Counted from the first letter of the stretch, positions 36,788-49,699 are shown. The stretch is 64,000 nucleotides of DNA from Vairimorpha necatrix (GCA_036630325.1 CP142735.1:124001-188000), one strand, 5' to 3'. The notes: a model not told the origin generated them from the sequence alone. Program-made: numbers and translations.

Positions 36788-38034
36788 TTATGATCCTGCT
36801 AATGGTTCTCCAACAGCAACCATGTTACGACTTATATCAGATCTAATACATATTGTTCAAGTAGTTTTCACTAATTTCACAACACATATCATCTTAGATA
36901 GCGACGGGCGGTGTGTACAAAGAACAGGGACACATTCAATTCTACTTATTTAATAAAATTTACTAGCAATTCCAAGTTCAAATATCTCTTACAAAATATT
37001 ATCCCATAAAGATTATATATCTATTGTATTGCGCGTGCAGCCCAAAATGTCTGAGGGCATAACGGACCTGTTTTAATCCTTTCCTTCCTACACTGATTGT
37101 GTCTGTCTATTAATAAAAGGGTCTCACGTCTTGTTGAAATTAATCAAAACTTCACAGCATCCATTGAAAACGGCCATGCACCACTATTATCATTCTCAGA
37201 TTATAAATCTTCTCTGAATAATAAAATATTGGTAAGTTACCTCGCGTTGAGTCAAATTAAGCCGCACAATCCACTCCTTGTGGTATTCTTCCGTCAATTT
37301 CTTTAATTTTCAATCTTGCGATCATACTATCCCCAGAGCCAAAAAACTCAAATTTCTATCATCTAATACAATTAATATCATATCACATCGTCGGCATAGT
37401 TTACTGCTGGAACTACAATGGTATCTAATCATCTTCGCTCCTCCAGCTTACGTCCTTGTTCAAAAAATACATACAAGTGTACAGCTTTCGCTTCTGTTCG
37501 TCCAGTCAGGGTCGTCACATTTCATCTCTCTCCCAACTATACAGTACATTTCATATTGCTTCTTAAATATAAACTACGGGCTTTTTAACTGCATCAATCA
37601 TCATACACACTCTTGGAACAAGTATTACCGCGGCTGCTGGCACTTGATTTGCCCTCCAATTAATCACCTCATATACTTTTACAATATGAAACAATAGAAT
37701 ATTACTTCCCATAACTGCCTCAGATAAAATCCATAGGTCAAGTTTCGCCCCTGCTGCAATCCTTAGACTTAGTAGCCGTCTCTCAGGCTCCTTCTACGGA
37801 ATATTACAAAGTAATACCGTTACCCGTCATTGCCTTGTTGAGCCATTACCTTAACAACTAGCTGATAGGTCTCACTCTTACTGTATATGTTTTATGCTAC
37901 ACATTAACGCAGTTATACTAATTTAATACATTAAATAAAGTGAGTATTACTGAGCAGTCCATTTTTCCATATCAAAAACATGCATGGGTTAATCTTAGGG
38001 AATAGCGTCTACTTCAGGCAGAATCAACCTGGTG
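36788..38034 (-). rRNA. Small subunit rRNA (~1.25 kb), Vairimorpha/Nosema type
   Basis: CACCAGGTTGATTCTGCC 5' end, GTGCCAGCAGCCGCGGTAA, GTACACACCGCCCGTC, AAGTCGTAAC. Confidence 0.98.
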
Positions 38035-38299
38035 TTGTGTATTAAAAAACAATATATTTGATTTTAATCAGTATTTATGAAAATATTAGAAATGATTACA
38101 TTCCTCATTTGTGCTTTAGTTTAGTGCTTAAAGCATTGTGCTAATGAATAAATAACCGCGTTCGGTTCTGTCCGAAGCCCTTAAATTTTTTTGTTGCTTG
38201 ATATCTTCGATCTTAAAATTATGGCCTTTATATACAAACTTGTTAAACTAAATCGTATCACTTGTGAACGTTTCCCTCTAGATGAATTGCGTTAAGTTT

Positions 38300-39000
38300 A
38301 ATAAGTCCCACAAAAATAAAAACATCTGTTTTTTCGTATTCCATTTCATGTAAAGTACTGTATGAGTATGAAAGCCTTTTGGGGTGCACTTTTGGTAGAA
38401 CCCTTAAGGCAAGTCATGAGAAAGATCATAGAGCAGAAGGGGACGTAGCGCAATACTGTATAATTATGTAACATGCTTGCAGGACTTGTAAAAACAAATG
38501 ACCGAAGAAATACTAAATGCAGTTTTAGCGTTCTAAGGGGCAGTATGTATAATTAAGATAATACTAGCACGATGATGTTTCTCCGCGATGTTATAGACCA
38601 TAGTCTGTAAATAAATCTTGGATGAATTATTATGATTTCAATTTAGAAATAGATATAGTCGTTTCTTTTGGAGCTAAAGTTAAAGGTACGGTGATTTCGC
38701 AGCACCAGCAAGTTTGACGCTAAAGGTTTATGTGAGTATAAATTACACGGTATTAGCTAAAAGAGTATTTGTGGCAATTTTTTGTATGCACTTAATCGTC
38801 CTAATCTTTTACTTTAAGAAAAAGGTGATTTCGACGTGTATAAATGAATGACTAGTTCAATTTTAACGTATCATGTATTAAACAAAATTGTACAATTTGA
38901 ATATTTTCATATGGCCGACGATGCTTTTATTCACTTTGAGCATAGAGCGCTGATGTGTCTAATGGCAGTTTCTAAGCTGTTCTTTGATCATATAAATAAT
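38300..39000 (+). pseudogene. Possible highly decayed gypsy-like integrase remnant
   Basis: Fragments DVAQY, ACRTCKNK and LEIDIV in integrase-like order; many stops. Confidence 0.3.
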
Positions 39001-40843
39001 TGATATACAATTTCAATCTTCATTGTAAAGAACATGTTTACGATAAATATTGAATAAAAGATTAAACAATACCATAATGATTCATGTTTGCATCGCATAC
39101 TATGTAATATATGAGAAATTCATAACCAAAAAATTGCAATCAATCCTTTACATTTACTTAATTTTGTTGTTGTAAAGGTAATTTTATTGGGAATCAAAAT
39201 TGATCACTTCTGTTTAAAAAAAAATTCCTGTGCCAACCCGCAGATTCCTCCATTTTAATGATATATAGATGCAATTTGTGGGATTTTTATTTGATTGTAT
39301 AAGTTTTTTTTTTAAATAGTACATTAGATTAACTTTTAAAATCTTTTCTATAATAAGAATATAAAGGGTTGAAGATTTGAATTAGACAAGAAATATATAA
39401 AATAAAAAGTAATCCGAACATTCTTCTCGCAAATAAAAAACGACATATGATAAAAGTTTTTTTTGTGTATTTCAAAATAAAAAATATTTTGTATGCGGCA
39501 TTATCAATTACTTGGTCAAATGTAACCAATGACATTACAATATTTCGTCAACTATAACTAAAACTTTAAAAAAAAAACTTAATTTGCTTTGAAATTGTAT
39601 AAAATTCTTTTTTTATACTTAATACAGCTATTTTTTGTGTGATCAAAAAAAAAGTAGCTTAAAATTACTCAAATATCACACTTTTTTACTTTTTTGACGT
39701 TTTAATCTAAAAATGCATAAATATCTTAGTGATAGGATTTATGTAGCTTCTTGCAAAGCTTTTGCAACCAATGAGTTTATCTAGAGCTTTTTATACTTTC
39801 TATTGTTGTTATGTATATCTCGGGGGTTATATGCCCCAACTAACAATATTTTTAACTATGTTTTGCAGAATTTTTGAGGAGATCTTTAAGTCCATAACGA
39901 AAATCAAATATTTCTTTAGTTTATACTACTTAACATACAAAAAAGTTAAAACAATGTGGTATATCTTTCAAAATTGAACTACGAGATATAAATCATAAAT
40001 GACTTCTTTATAAACTTAGCAAGTAAAAAATCATATATACACATAATCTTTATCGTACAAATACGGCCATATAACAAAAATAAAATAATGGTGTATATAG
40101 GATTTTTTATCGAGATGTATCTCCTCTGTATTAAGTCATATCAAATGAGTTATCATAGGCATCTTCTGATTCAAAAAGCTCTTTTAATTGCATTTACGCA
40201 CATTTTTGAATCAATCTTGAGATAACTCTATACAGTCATATGTTTTTGTTACTACTGACTTCTACTTCTTTTCGTATGGGTTATTTTCGTGTAGAATTTA
40301 TATGAGATCCGGTGTAGTATAAACCTGTAGTACTTATATCTAATAATTACAAAAACATGTCTACAATTTACAATGATTCAATTTTTTTGCCAATTTTATA
40401 GAACTCTTTTATTTGACTTATATAATATATCCGATTTATAGTATTGAATGTTGATTTTTCTTTGCACTCTGTTAAAAACTGCAAGTTTTACATTTTCGTA
40501 CTAAGTTAGATTGTACTCAATATAAAATAAATCAGTAAATATAAAAATTTTAGTTTTTTTAATAATATATTATATTTCGCGGCCGAAGAAAAGACTTGTT
40601 TGGCTGAGATATATAAGCAAGATTTTTAATCTATGTGAGAATACTTTAAAATTCTTCGGCATGCAACAAATAATTTTTTTTATCAGTTTAAATTAACGAG
40701 AGTAAAAACTTATATTCAAAGTTTAAGTAAAAAATCTATTTTTAAAGAAAATTTACAATAATTACGTCTACGATATTAAAAAACAAATTTTATTATACTT
40801 AATTACAAATGATTTAAATATAAAAGTATTAATATTTAATTTA

Positions 40844-41395
40844 CTAATGACTATGAATATAATGTCTTCCCCTATGAATGTGTTTGTCATGAAGTGAGTA
40901 TTTAGGCTTATGGGGCCAATATTCTTCAACAACAGATGATGAATGTTCATTTTCATTCTTTGGGCCTTTATCATTTTCATCGGAGTCAAATGCTAGTTTA
41001 AACATTGAGCCCACGTCAAAGCATGGAGCTTTCATAAAACTATTTGTGTCTTTATCGTATCCAAAGCATTTGGTATTATTCCTAATCATAAATTTTTCTT
41101 GTTCAAATAATACAGGTTCAAATATTTGGTTTGCTCCTCCATGTTTTGCATATAAAATTAGTTTGCTTCCACTTCCTGCTACATCAAATACCTTGTTATA
41201 TTTGGGTACTTCAATGAAACTTTTATTGTCGGCCTCGTGTTTTATTATTGCTTTTATAATATCTTCCTTATCAGAACATCCGTATATATCATTACCATCT
41301 TTACTACACAAACTCAAATTTGACTTGATGTTTGTAAATACTACCTCAGTTAAATCCGCATACTTGAAAAAAAATTGTATAATAAATGAGTACAT
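40844..41395 (-). CDS. Ricin-B-lectin-like protein with His-rich tail (183 aa)
   Basis: KVFDV, YAKHGGANQIF and KCFGY..C beta-trefoil repeats; short hydrophobic N-terminus. Confidence 0.85.
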   Translation of the reverse strand: MYSFIIQFFFKYADLTEVVFTNIKSNLSLCSKDGNDIYGCSDKEDIIKAIIKHEADNKSFIEVPKYNKVFDVAGSGSKLILYAKHGGANQIFEPVLFEQEKFMIRNNTKCFGYDKDTNSFMKAPCFDVGSMFKLAFDSDENDKGPKNENEHSSSVVEEYWPHKPKYSLHDKHIHRGRHYIHSH

Positions 41396-42399
41396 ATTTT
41401 ACTTTCAATTAAAAATTAATTTTTATATTTTTTTTTATTTTAATAGACAAATAAGATTTAAATGATTCGAATGTTAGACGTCAATGTTTTTAATATAAAA
41501 TTGATTAAAAGTTTTAAAAATTAAAATAAATCTATCATATAAAGTTTAAGTGTATAAATACGCATCTTGTATGACATCACCAATAAAATATAATACATTA
41601 ATATTCCATGCAAAAGTAATGACCAGTAAAACGAAAATTCTGTAGATCTAGTTCTTTTTTTTTTATCTAGTTTTAAAATTAGACACATTATATGTTTATA
41701 AGATAATTTTTTACTCTTATATAGCACCAAATATAACAATACTGTTATATTTATAACAGGTGAAACAACAGAAGCATTACGTACTGTTGGAATAAAAACA
41801 TGGAGTGTTTATTAAAAAAATAAAATAAAAAACAACATTTCAAATATTCTAAAACAATAATATGACATATTTGACATGTTTAGCCCTTACTACACGTATT
41901 ACACTGCTTTATTGGTCAGTTGATTTTCAAACAACTAAGCAATCTACCTTTTGATAATTACATCTAAAACAATCAAATTCAATTTTAAAAGACACGGTGA
42001 CAGCGCAACAAACCCCGCAAACTAAACTTTGTAATATTAAGATGTATATTGCATCTTTCCTTACCTTATTTATATCTAGGCTTTTGCTTTGATTTTATCG
42101 GCTATAAGATACTATAGGTGGTTTCATGACGTAAACACAAACAAAATCGTCAACAAGCACATGACAGCATCTATTTGTCGGCAGAGTGTTTTTTGCTTAG
42201 ATATTAAAAGTTCTGTGTACAAATATCTTTCTTCTAATTGCTGTGAAGCATTAGAGCTATCGAAAATAAAAAATAATGGGGAATTTTGCCTTTTTCGATC
42301 GGGAAAAAAATATAAAAGAATATTATTGAGATGCAACTAGCAGCCGTAAAGGCTACTGCTCAAATTAACATTGTGTAAAGGCTCTCGTTTTAGATATTT

Positions 42400-42720
42400 T
42401 TTTTGTCAAGAAAGGGCAAAATGCCCGCGCAGAACTACATCAATCGTGGGACTGACAGATTGGGCGATACTTTGAGACTCGAGTTCACTAAACCCTCACT
42501 TTCTTGACTATGGTCAACAAGCTCCACCATATCCATTGGGCTTTGGCCTAGGAGAATTTTCGGTCAACAAATATAATCCCACAGAAAACCCCTTGTCTTA
42601 GAGGCATAATAATCTGCAAAATTCTCGTAGCAGACATTACAAAATAGTCAATACTGGGCTGTTCGGTGATCGCAGAGTTTCCGAAGCTCGTATAGCGACA
42701 TACGAGTTCGTCACTCCAAC
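42400..42720. repeat. Diverged relative of the 24971/49183 GC-rich repeat
   Basis: Begins T-run + CAAG.AAGGGCAA like copy 1; CAACAAGCTCCACCATATCCATTGGGCTTTGGC matches CAACAATCTCCGCCGTACCCATTGGACTTTGGC. Confidence 0.5.
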
Positions 42721-42943
42721 CTCCTCTCTTAGTAGTAAATATGTTTCAAAAAAAGATCATTATATATAAAATAAAATTTCCTTTCGATGCAAAAAAATAT
42801 CCTTAAAAATACTAAGATGAAATATTAGATAGTATTGTTTGATTACTATAACCATAGAAAAAAGGAAATAATAGACATCCCGTTGAATCGTCAACAGCTC
42901 TAATCTAATTGAATTTCAAAACCCATATACAAATTATAAAAAC

Positions 42944-43558
42944 GGTACATGGCCGTTTGGAACCCGCTTTGAAAATTTAAGGACCCTCTTTCAGAAAATA
43001 GCCAAATTAGCAAAAATAATGTTTGTTAAGGCAGATGAGCTAATTAGTGGCGAAATAAAACATACATGGAAAACAAAGAAAAGTTTATTTTGAAAAAATT
43101 TTATGCTGAATCGGCGTGCGCCTTGCTCGTTTCTCTAACTAGTAGAAATACGTATTTCCTTGAGGTAATACAAGATAATGTATAACCTGTTTCTATTATG
43201 ATCTCTAATCGATGGGTAGCATATGAGGCCACATTAAAAAAGCAAAGGGATGGAGCTAGTACTACGAATCACTCCAACAATGCTATAATCCCTAGCGATT
43301 CTGAGACACAATACCAAACAATTTAGTTGGTTTTGGCTCATTTTTATAAAAATATATGATCTAGACATGGAATAAACCAGGACGACCTCTATGAGTACCT
43401 TTTACAGTTCCTCTGAGACTTCCAAATTCCCAAAAATCTTTGGATAAATTGTTTTTTTTTTCATTATTTAAATAAATCGTTAAATATCTTTTTTTATAAT
43501 TTTTTTTTTATTTTCCTTTTTTCGAAATTTTAAAGCGGGTTCTAAACGGCCATGTACC
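42944..43558 (+). mobile_element. Non-autonomous Merlin-type element, copy 2 (same family as 2668-3375)
   Basis: Same TIRs and colinear interior; lacks the subterminal repeats; no clean TSD. Confidence 0.85.
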
Positions 43559-43879
43559 GAATAAATCTTTTTGAAATTTGAATGAAAAAATAACTAATTT
43601 ACAACGCCACATATCAAAGATCGGCGATTAGAACCCCGAACGGAAGCATGTTTACCACAAAAGTTCTTTAGATGGCCTTAGAAAGCCTAATCATTCCATT
43701 CAGACATGGGCTTGGTGCTGATCAGGGAGGGGTATTCGAGAGCTCATTACGTGGATTAAAGAGGGAAACTTTCGATGAGATGTAAGTGTATCTCGTGAAA
43801 AGTAATAAGTAAGTAAGATATTATACCTGTCAATAAGTTTATTTATATTTCCATCCCTCTTTTAGAAATGTTTTTAAAT

Positions 43880-43951
43880 ACTTTTTGTAGCCAATCAAAT
43901 CTGTCCATTTGTAAAAATAAGATTGGCCAGTATTTGATCGGCTACGACAAT
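43880..43951 (-). repeat. 72-bp hairpin repeat, copy 2
   Basis: 14-bp stem GTAGCCGATCAAAT/ATTTGATTGGCTAC on the minus strand. Confidence 0.8.
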
Positions 43952-45429
43952 ACCCAAAAAAATTCATATAAAAATTGAATTTATATTTGTAATGTAAATA
44001 TTTACATTAATTTTTTTTCTATATAAATATTAGGTTCTAGAAATTCCTTTTTGTGATTAACATGTACTAACAAACTCCTCGGATTATTTTAGATACCTTC
44101 TTTTTGGGGGTATAACTCATAACAAAAAAAAATTCATGGTAAACAGTAAGACTCGGAAACTACCTGGCCTCGCGACATTAACTAAAGTTTTCATTGTACT
44201 TGCTTTTGATAAATCACCTTTCTTATTTTTATCTCACTCAGGGACTCATTACTATATTAATCTTTAAACACTTGTAAGACTAGTTTTAATACGCAACTGG
44301 AGAAAAAAGATAATCTTGCTTTGATCAGCATAAAATTTTTATGAAAGCAACTTGAAGAATAATATTTAAGAAAAAAAAATGGAACGTGCCATAGATATTT
44401 GATTAATGTAAAACTGCCTACGAGTTATGAACCCCCTTAAATGTTTCGCATAAATTTGAACTTCCTCTTTTGGAATTGAGTAAAATAGTTTTAAACCCTT
44501 TCGGGTGTTCATTCGTCAATTAAAATTAGAAAAGTGTTCGATGTGTTGCGACATTTTACATGGGGGTTGTGTATCTTTCTTATCTGCCTTTCATATACTA
44601 TAGTTTTCCTCTTTTGATTATTGTCGCCACAGAGAAGTACTCCTTTATGATTTTTGATCTTTAAAACAATAAGCAATTATAGTCTTTGTTTGTATCTACT
44701 GTGCATGTTTCTATAGATAATTACGGATTCTTCAAATTTTCAGCTTTAATTTATTTAACTTAAATTATATATTTAGCATTTAACGGGCTTTTTGTAAGTT
44801 TCATCATCAGTGGTTGTTTTGGGCTCTTTTAGTATAATTCTAAGTTTCTTCTCTATTTCCAGTTGTGATCATAGGTTATATGAGACACTTTATATCCTAT
44901 GATGCCCAATCAATTTTTTTATTTGTAATCTTAAAAGCGAGAAACAGAACCTTAGAGTTGAAAAAAAAAATAGAATTTCTTTGGTAGAAAACGCAATCAA
45001 GACTACAAAAATTTTTTAAATTTATCTTACTCGTAATAGTTTATATATTGCTATGGGTATTGCCTGAAATAATATAGAAAGATCTAATTAATCGAAGCGC
45101 CGGAGCGTTATAATTTAAATGCGTGAAAGCATCATCGACAATTAACATAAGCAATAATTGATTGTTTACGTTGCTATATAAGTTAAGTAGACGTATTGTC
45201 AATGATAATTGTGTTTGATAAATTAAAATATCTTAGGGTTTCCAATAGTATAAAATTAATCGATTTACAGTTTCCAATATACAGTCTAAATTACCATTTT
45301 AATCAAAAGCACTTATTATTAAAACATTTCAAATTAAATAAGTTGAGGAATTGCATGTGTATTAAACTAGTACTTTTTTGGTACAACCAGATATATTTAT
45401 GATGATAAGGTTCAAACCATTAAGTGTGA

Positions 45430-45800
45430 GTATTTGATATTGTCGTGCCATGAACATACCGGAAAATAGTTTATTAGGTCACAACTAATTAATCTTATAA
45501 AATTTTTATTATCTATCACCAAACCTTTTTGCGCAGAAAGGACTATTATATATGGCAAATAATGGGCTTCCCTATAAAAAAAATCTGGACGATTTCAGGT
45601 CCTGAACATAACACAATAAATCATTCTTTTAACTTAGCTTATATATTACGCATAGTTCAGCTGCTTAGTAAAATCATTTTGGATTAGGCATAATAAAACA
45701 TCAATAAAATAAAGGATGTAAACAAAAATTTCCAATCATTCTGTTGCATTAGTATCGAGATAAGGTTACTGGCCTCATATAAGTCAAGGTTTTAATGATA
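45430..45800 (+). pseudogene. Decayed Merlin/IS1595 transposase fragment
   Basis: GTIIY..WA and EHNTINHSFN fragments. Confidence 0.55.
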
Positions 45801-46703
45801 ATTTGTTTCTTACTCATTATATTTTCCTTAGAGGACTTTGTACGAATACGTTATCTGAGCGATCTTCTCAAATTTACAATTCTGGAAGCAAAAAACGGTT
45901 CAAAAGTGTAGACTTATTTTTAGAACACACATTTGCATCATAATTATTTAATTTTAAAAAAAACGCAATATTTTATATGTTCTAACAAACGCGATATTCG
46001 TTGTGACCAAGCGTTCTGAAGAAAGGTGTATGTTTCCGAGCGAAATACTCTTACTATAAGAACTAGTTTATTATAGTGATTCAGAATTCTAAGTTCTTCT
46101 AGATTCCTTTAAGAATTTGCACGAAATTTTTTGCTTAAAACATCTGAAAATTCATAGCTCCCAAATTTTTTAATCTTTAAAAGGCTGTTAAATAAGTTTT
46201 TGGTTCTAAAGTTCAAAAATTCGGGCGGCTTTCTTCCTTTACTTATTCATAGAGGCTATGATTTATGAGGTCTTGTACTAATTTCACTTTTTTCTTTTCT
46301 TATGTCTGATCATACATCCCATGCTTGAATAATTTAACAATAACGTATAAGAGTAATTGCATTAATATAACATGGAAAATCAACACATGATGTCTACTTT
46401 TCGTCTTTTTTATCGAAATTTTTATAAACACGTAAAGTTCCGATTTTTTTAACAACCCCTGTCATTTGCAGACCCAACCCTTCTTCTTATTTCTTGCATC
46501 TTTTTTAAAAATGAGTTTATCCCTCCCACAAATTGACATTTAGAATCCTTCATTGAATCAAATGCGTTCTTTATATATAAAAATTTGATTATCGTTACTC
46601 TTACATTTGAATTCAGAGTCTGATATTACTCTTAATTGATTAACTTTGACATTTCGCTACCAACTTGCTTGATTGTGCTGAAAATTTATAGCGTAATGTT
46701 ACT

Positions 46704-46968
46704 TGTAGCATTATAAAAGCCACATAATATCTATTTTCATTTTATAAATTATCCCATTTATAAAATAGACTAATTAGACCGATATATTCTATAAATCAAC
46801 TATTTATTCGTTTTTCAGCTCTTGCCTCCACAATATCATGTGGAAAATAGAAATAAATAATCCCCGGAGCTCATGACCAATTAAGGGCTACTAATCAAGG
46901 GACCAGGCTTTTAAACGAGAGAGCCAACATGCCTATAAAACTAATTAAGAAACGTCAAATCCAAATTG
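46704..46968 (+). repeat. Old LTR-like repeat interrupted by the Merlin insertion (homologous to 51798-52097)
   Basis: Starts TGT; shares AAATCAA.TATTTATTCGTTTTT, ATCATG and AGGGCTA blocks; weak similarity resumes after 48000. Confidence 0.5.
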
Positions 46969-47991
46969 GGCTAAAGTTAGCTTTAGGACGCAAATTTCGA
47001 TATAGGGTTTTTTTGTTTTTTTTTGCCCCTTTTTTTAAAAAATGGAAGAAAGAATAATGACAAGAGCAGAATTAGAAATAGTGTATAAAAATCTAATTAC
47101 TAAAAGACAAAATCACATTTGCAGTGTGTGTGATAATAGAATGAGATTCCCGAGAAAACAGAGTTGTGTATTAATTTGTACCTGGAAAGATTGTAAGAAG
47201 CAAACATCGATATGGACGAATACTTTCTTTGAAAACTCCAAACTCGAAAATATTACAATTTTGCAGGTACTAAATTTGTGGATTCTTGGCTATTCTCGTA
47301 AATTTATTTGCCAAATTCTCAGTTGTTCAAACCCTTCGATATCTTTTTTACTTAAAAAATTAAAGAAATTACATCTCTATGATAAATATTTATCATCTTT
47401 AAACAAGATAGGAGGAGAAGTTATCATTGTTGAAATTGATGAATTTAAAATCGGAAAAAATAAATATAACAGAGGAAAATTAGTGAAGGGGGTTTGGTGT
47501 TTCGGCATGATAGAACGTACTATTGAACGTAAGATTGTGGTTCTATATATTAAGAAAAGAGATAAAAAACTCTAACAGATCTCTTATTAAAATTCGTTGA
47601 TACAAAAAGCACTATACATAGTGATATGTGGAGGGCTTATCATTCTTTGAGCACCTTATTTAAAAAACATTATATGATAAACCACTCATTAAACTTTCGA
47701 GATCCAAATATTGGAGTACACACCAATACCATTGAAGGTAATTGGCGTTTACTCAAAAATTCTATACCTAACAGAAATAGGTTCAAAACCAGCGCCAAAC
47801 TTTACTTACTAAGGTATATGCTCCAGAGAAATTCCTTTAATTCTGTTTTCGATGCATTATTAAATTTATTGTTCTAATTTTAATTTTTGTTCCTTCCTCC
47901 ACATTTTCTTTCTTCCATTTTTTAAAAAAAGGGGCAAAAAAAAACAAAAAAACCCTATATCGAAATTTGCGTCCTAAAGCTAACTTTAGCC
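46969..47991 (+). mobile_element. Merlin (IS1595/IS1016-like) DNA transposon, full length, 1023 bp
   Basis: ~86-bp apparently perfect TIRs starting GG; perfect 8-bp TSD CCAAATTG at 46961-46968 and 47992-47999. Confidence 0.95.
47042..47877 (+). pseudogene. Merlin DDE transposase split by one frameshift in an A-run (~47564-47570)
   Basis: CxxC..CxxxxC zinc finger, VEIDE, KYNRG, SDMWRAY, NHS.NF, HTNTIEGNW; adding one A joins both ORFs. Confidence 0.9.
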
Positions 47992-49182
47992 CCAAATTGA
48001 ACTTTATTTGTTTAGAAGTAGCCCCTCTGTATTACTATTTTCTTTTTTCTTCCAGTTTAGCCTGCATGACGACTTTCTCCTTTATCTAAAAGTTCTACCT
48101 TTCTGCATCTTTTGATCATAATTTTAAATAAATGAATCTTTTGATATCTTCAATGATGATTTTTTTATGATTTCTCTATGTCTTCAGATACTTAAATTTG
48201 AACTCTACTTCTTGTTATCATCTTTCTTCTCTATTTTCTGCCGACATCTACATACAATCTTACGAACTTCCTTAGAGCCTTTATTCTCTCCGGCGAATTT
48301 TTTTGAAAGCGGCGAATTGTATCGCATCGATTCAGTTATCCCATACTGTAGCTCATGTTTTTAAAATGACTTACGTTATAATCGTCGTAAAAACTTTAAC
48401 TTTAGGTCAACTATCTTTATATTTTCTTGGTTTAAAATTAAATTGTTTCAAATTCATATTTTCTTAAAACCAAATGCCATCTAGGCTTCAAAATTTATAC
48501 TTTAACGATTTGCGGCATTAGACGAAACTAAACGTTCTATTGGAACTAAGGATGCCTTGATGGCAATACCAAATAAATGATGGATTCATTTACCCTCTTA
48601 GAAATTAGGTTGAATTATTCTATCGAAAATATACTATGAGTGTCAGAGTCTCACCTAGATTATCTAACTTTTTTTAGACTTAGTCTTTTTAGGTTGTTAA
48701 GAAGAGAATGGCAAAAGAATTTTTGTTAGATTACTACGATTTCTATTTAAATCTCCAATCTTATGGTGATAAAATTGCAAAAGTAACTGTCTATAAAGCG
48801 TGGATAAGTACCTTAATAGTTATACGTTGAACCGAAGGTATTATAAAACATTTTAATAGTGATCATTATCAAGAATAGCTTGTACTATCTGTATCAATTC
48901 TAAAAAAATGTAGTTTCTTTCAAGTATTGGTTGTTTGGGATGTATCATACAATATAGGAGCAGAAATTTAAGAAAATATGAAGAAGTTAAATAATCTTAA
49001 CTCTCGACAATGTTTTGCCCTTTTGTATATCGGTACCACCGAATCAGTAGAATTTAGTGTATATCTGCTAAATCGTCACTAAAGTCCTAAAACTACATAA
49101 TAACTGAACTGTATTCGTTGACCAAAAATACTGATCGATGGTTGGCTCTTCTTACTAATTTCTGACAAATCAACGTAGTTTT

Positions 49183-49699
49183 TTTCTTTGCAAGTAAGAA
49201 ATAGGAGAGAAACCTTACATAAGAACGAGAGGGATTCGGGCGTGGTCCTTATACAATCGGTAATGTGTGATTTTTACCCACCAAATCTCCCTTCATATAC
49301 CTTGGCTGTGTACCAAGATCCACCACATCTTATATACTTTGTCTATAAAAAAACACTTTCTATTATTACCTCAAATCGCGCCCAGAGTGACCTTACAGTG
49401 GATGTATTTAACGTGCATGATTATAAATAATACGAGGAAAGACATCATCCTACTAACTAAAAGGTCAATACAATCATCACTATCACAAACATGGTTTTTT
49501 ACACCGCCACATTACTAGCCGGCATTTTTATCGGACTGCGTTGACCACTATTAATATATTAGTTATGGGCACTGTGTAACAGAATTTTATAGAATAGGGG
49601 TAACAAGACATTCTATTGCCCTCTTAGTCTAGTATATTAATTAGTCTTGGATCAAAATCTAGAGTGCATCAGTATGGGCTCCAAAAAGGTTGCCCATCA
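49183..49699. repeat. ~510-bp GC-rich dispersed non-coding repeat, copy 2
   Basis: Colinear with 24971-25482. Confidence 0.8.

Noticed and set aside
34236..37697. ORF-track ORFs inside the rDNA
   Set aside because: They overlap SSU/LSU rRNA and are incidental frames
40055..40080. TACGGCCATA resembling a 5S rRNA 5' end
   Set aside because: Following sequence is AT-rich and lacks 5S helices and internal promoter boxes
40300..40330. AGATCCGGTGTAGTAT resembling the U2 snRNA branch-pairing region
   Set aside because: Adjacent U2 stem I and downstream stems are not recognisable
43600..43800. GC-richer stretch with SAIRTPNG resembling an RT motif
   Set aside because: No further RT motifs; too weak to call
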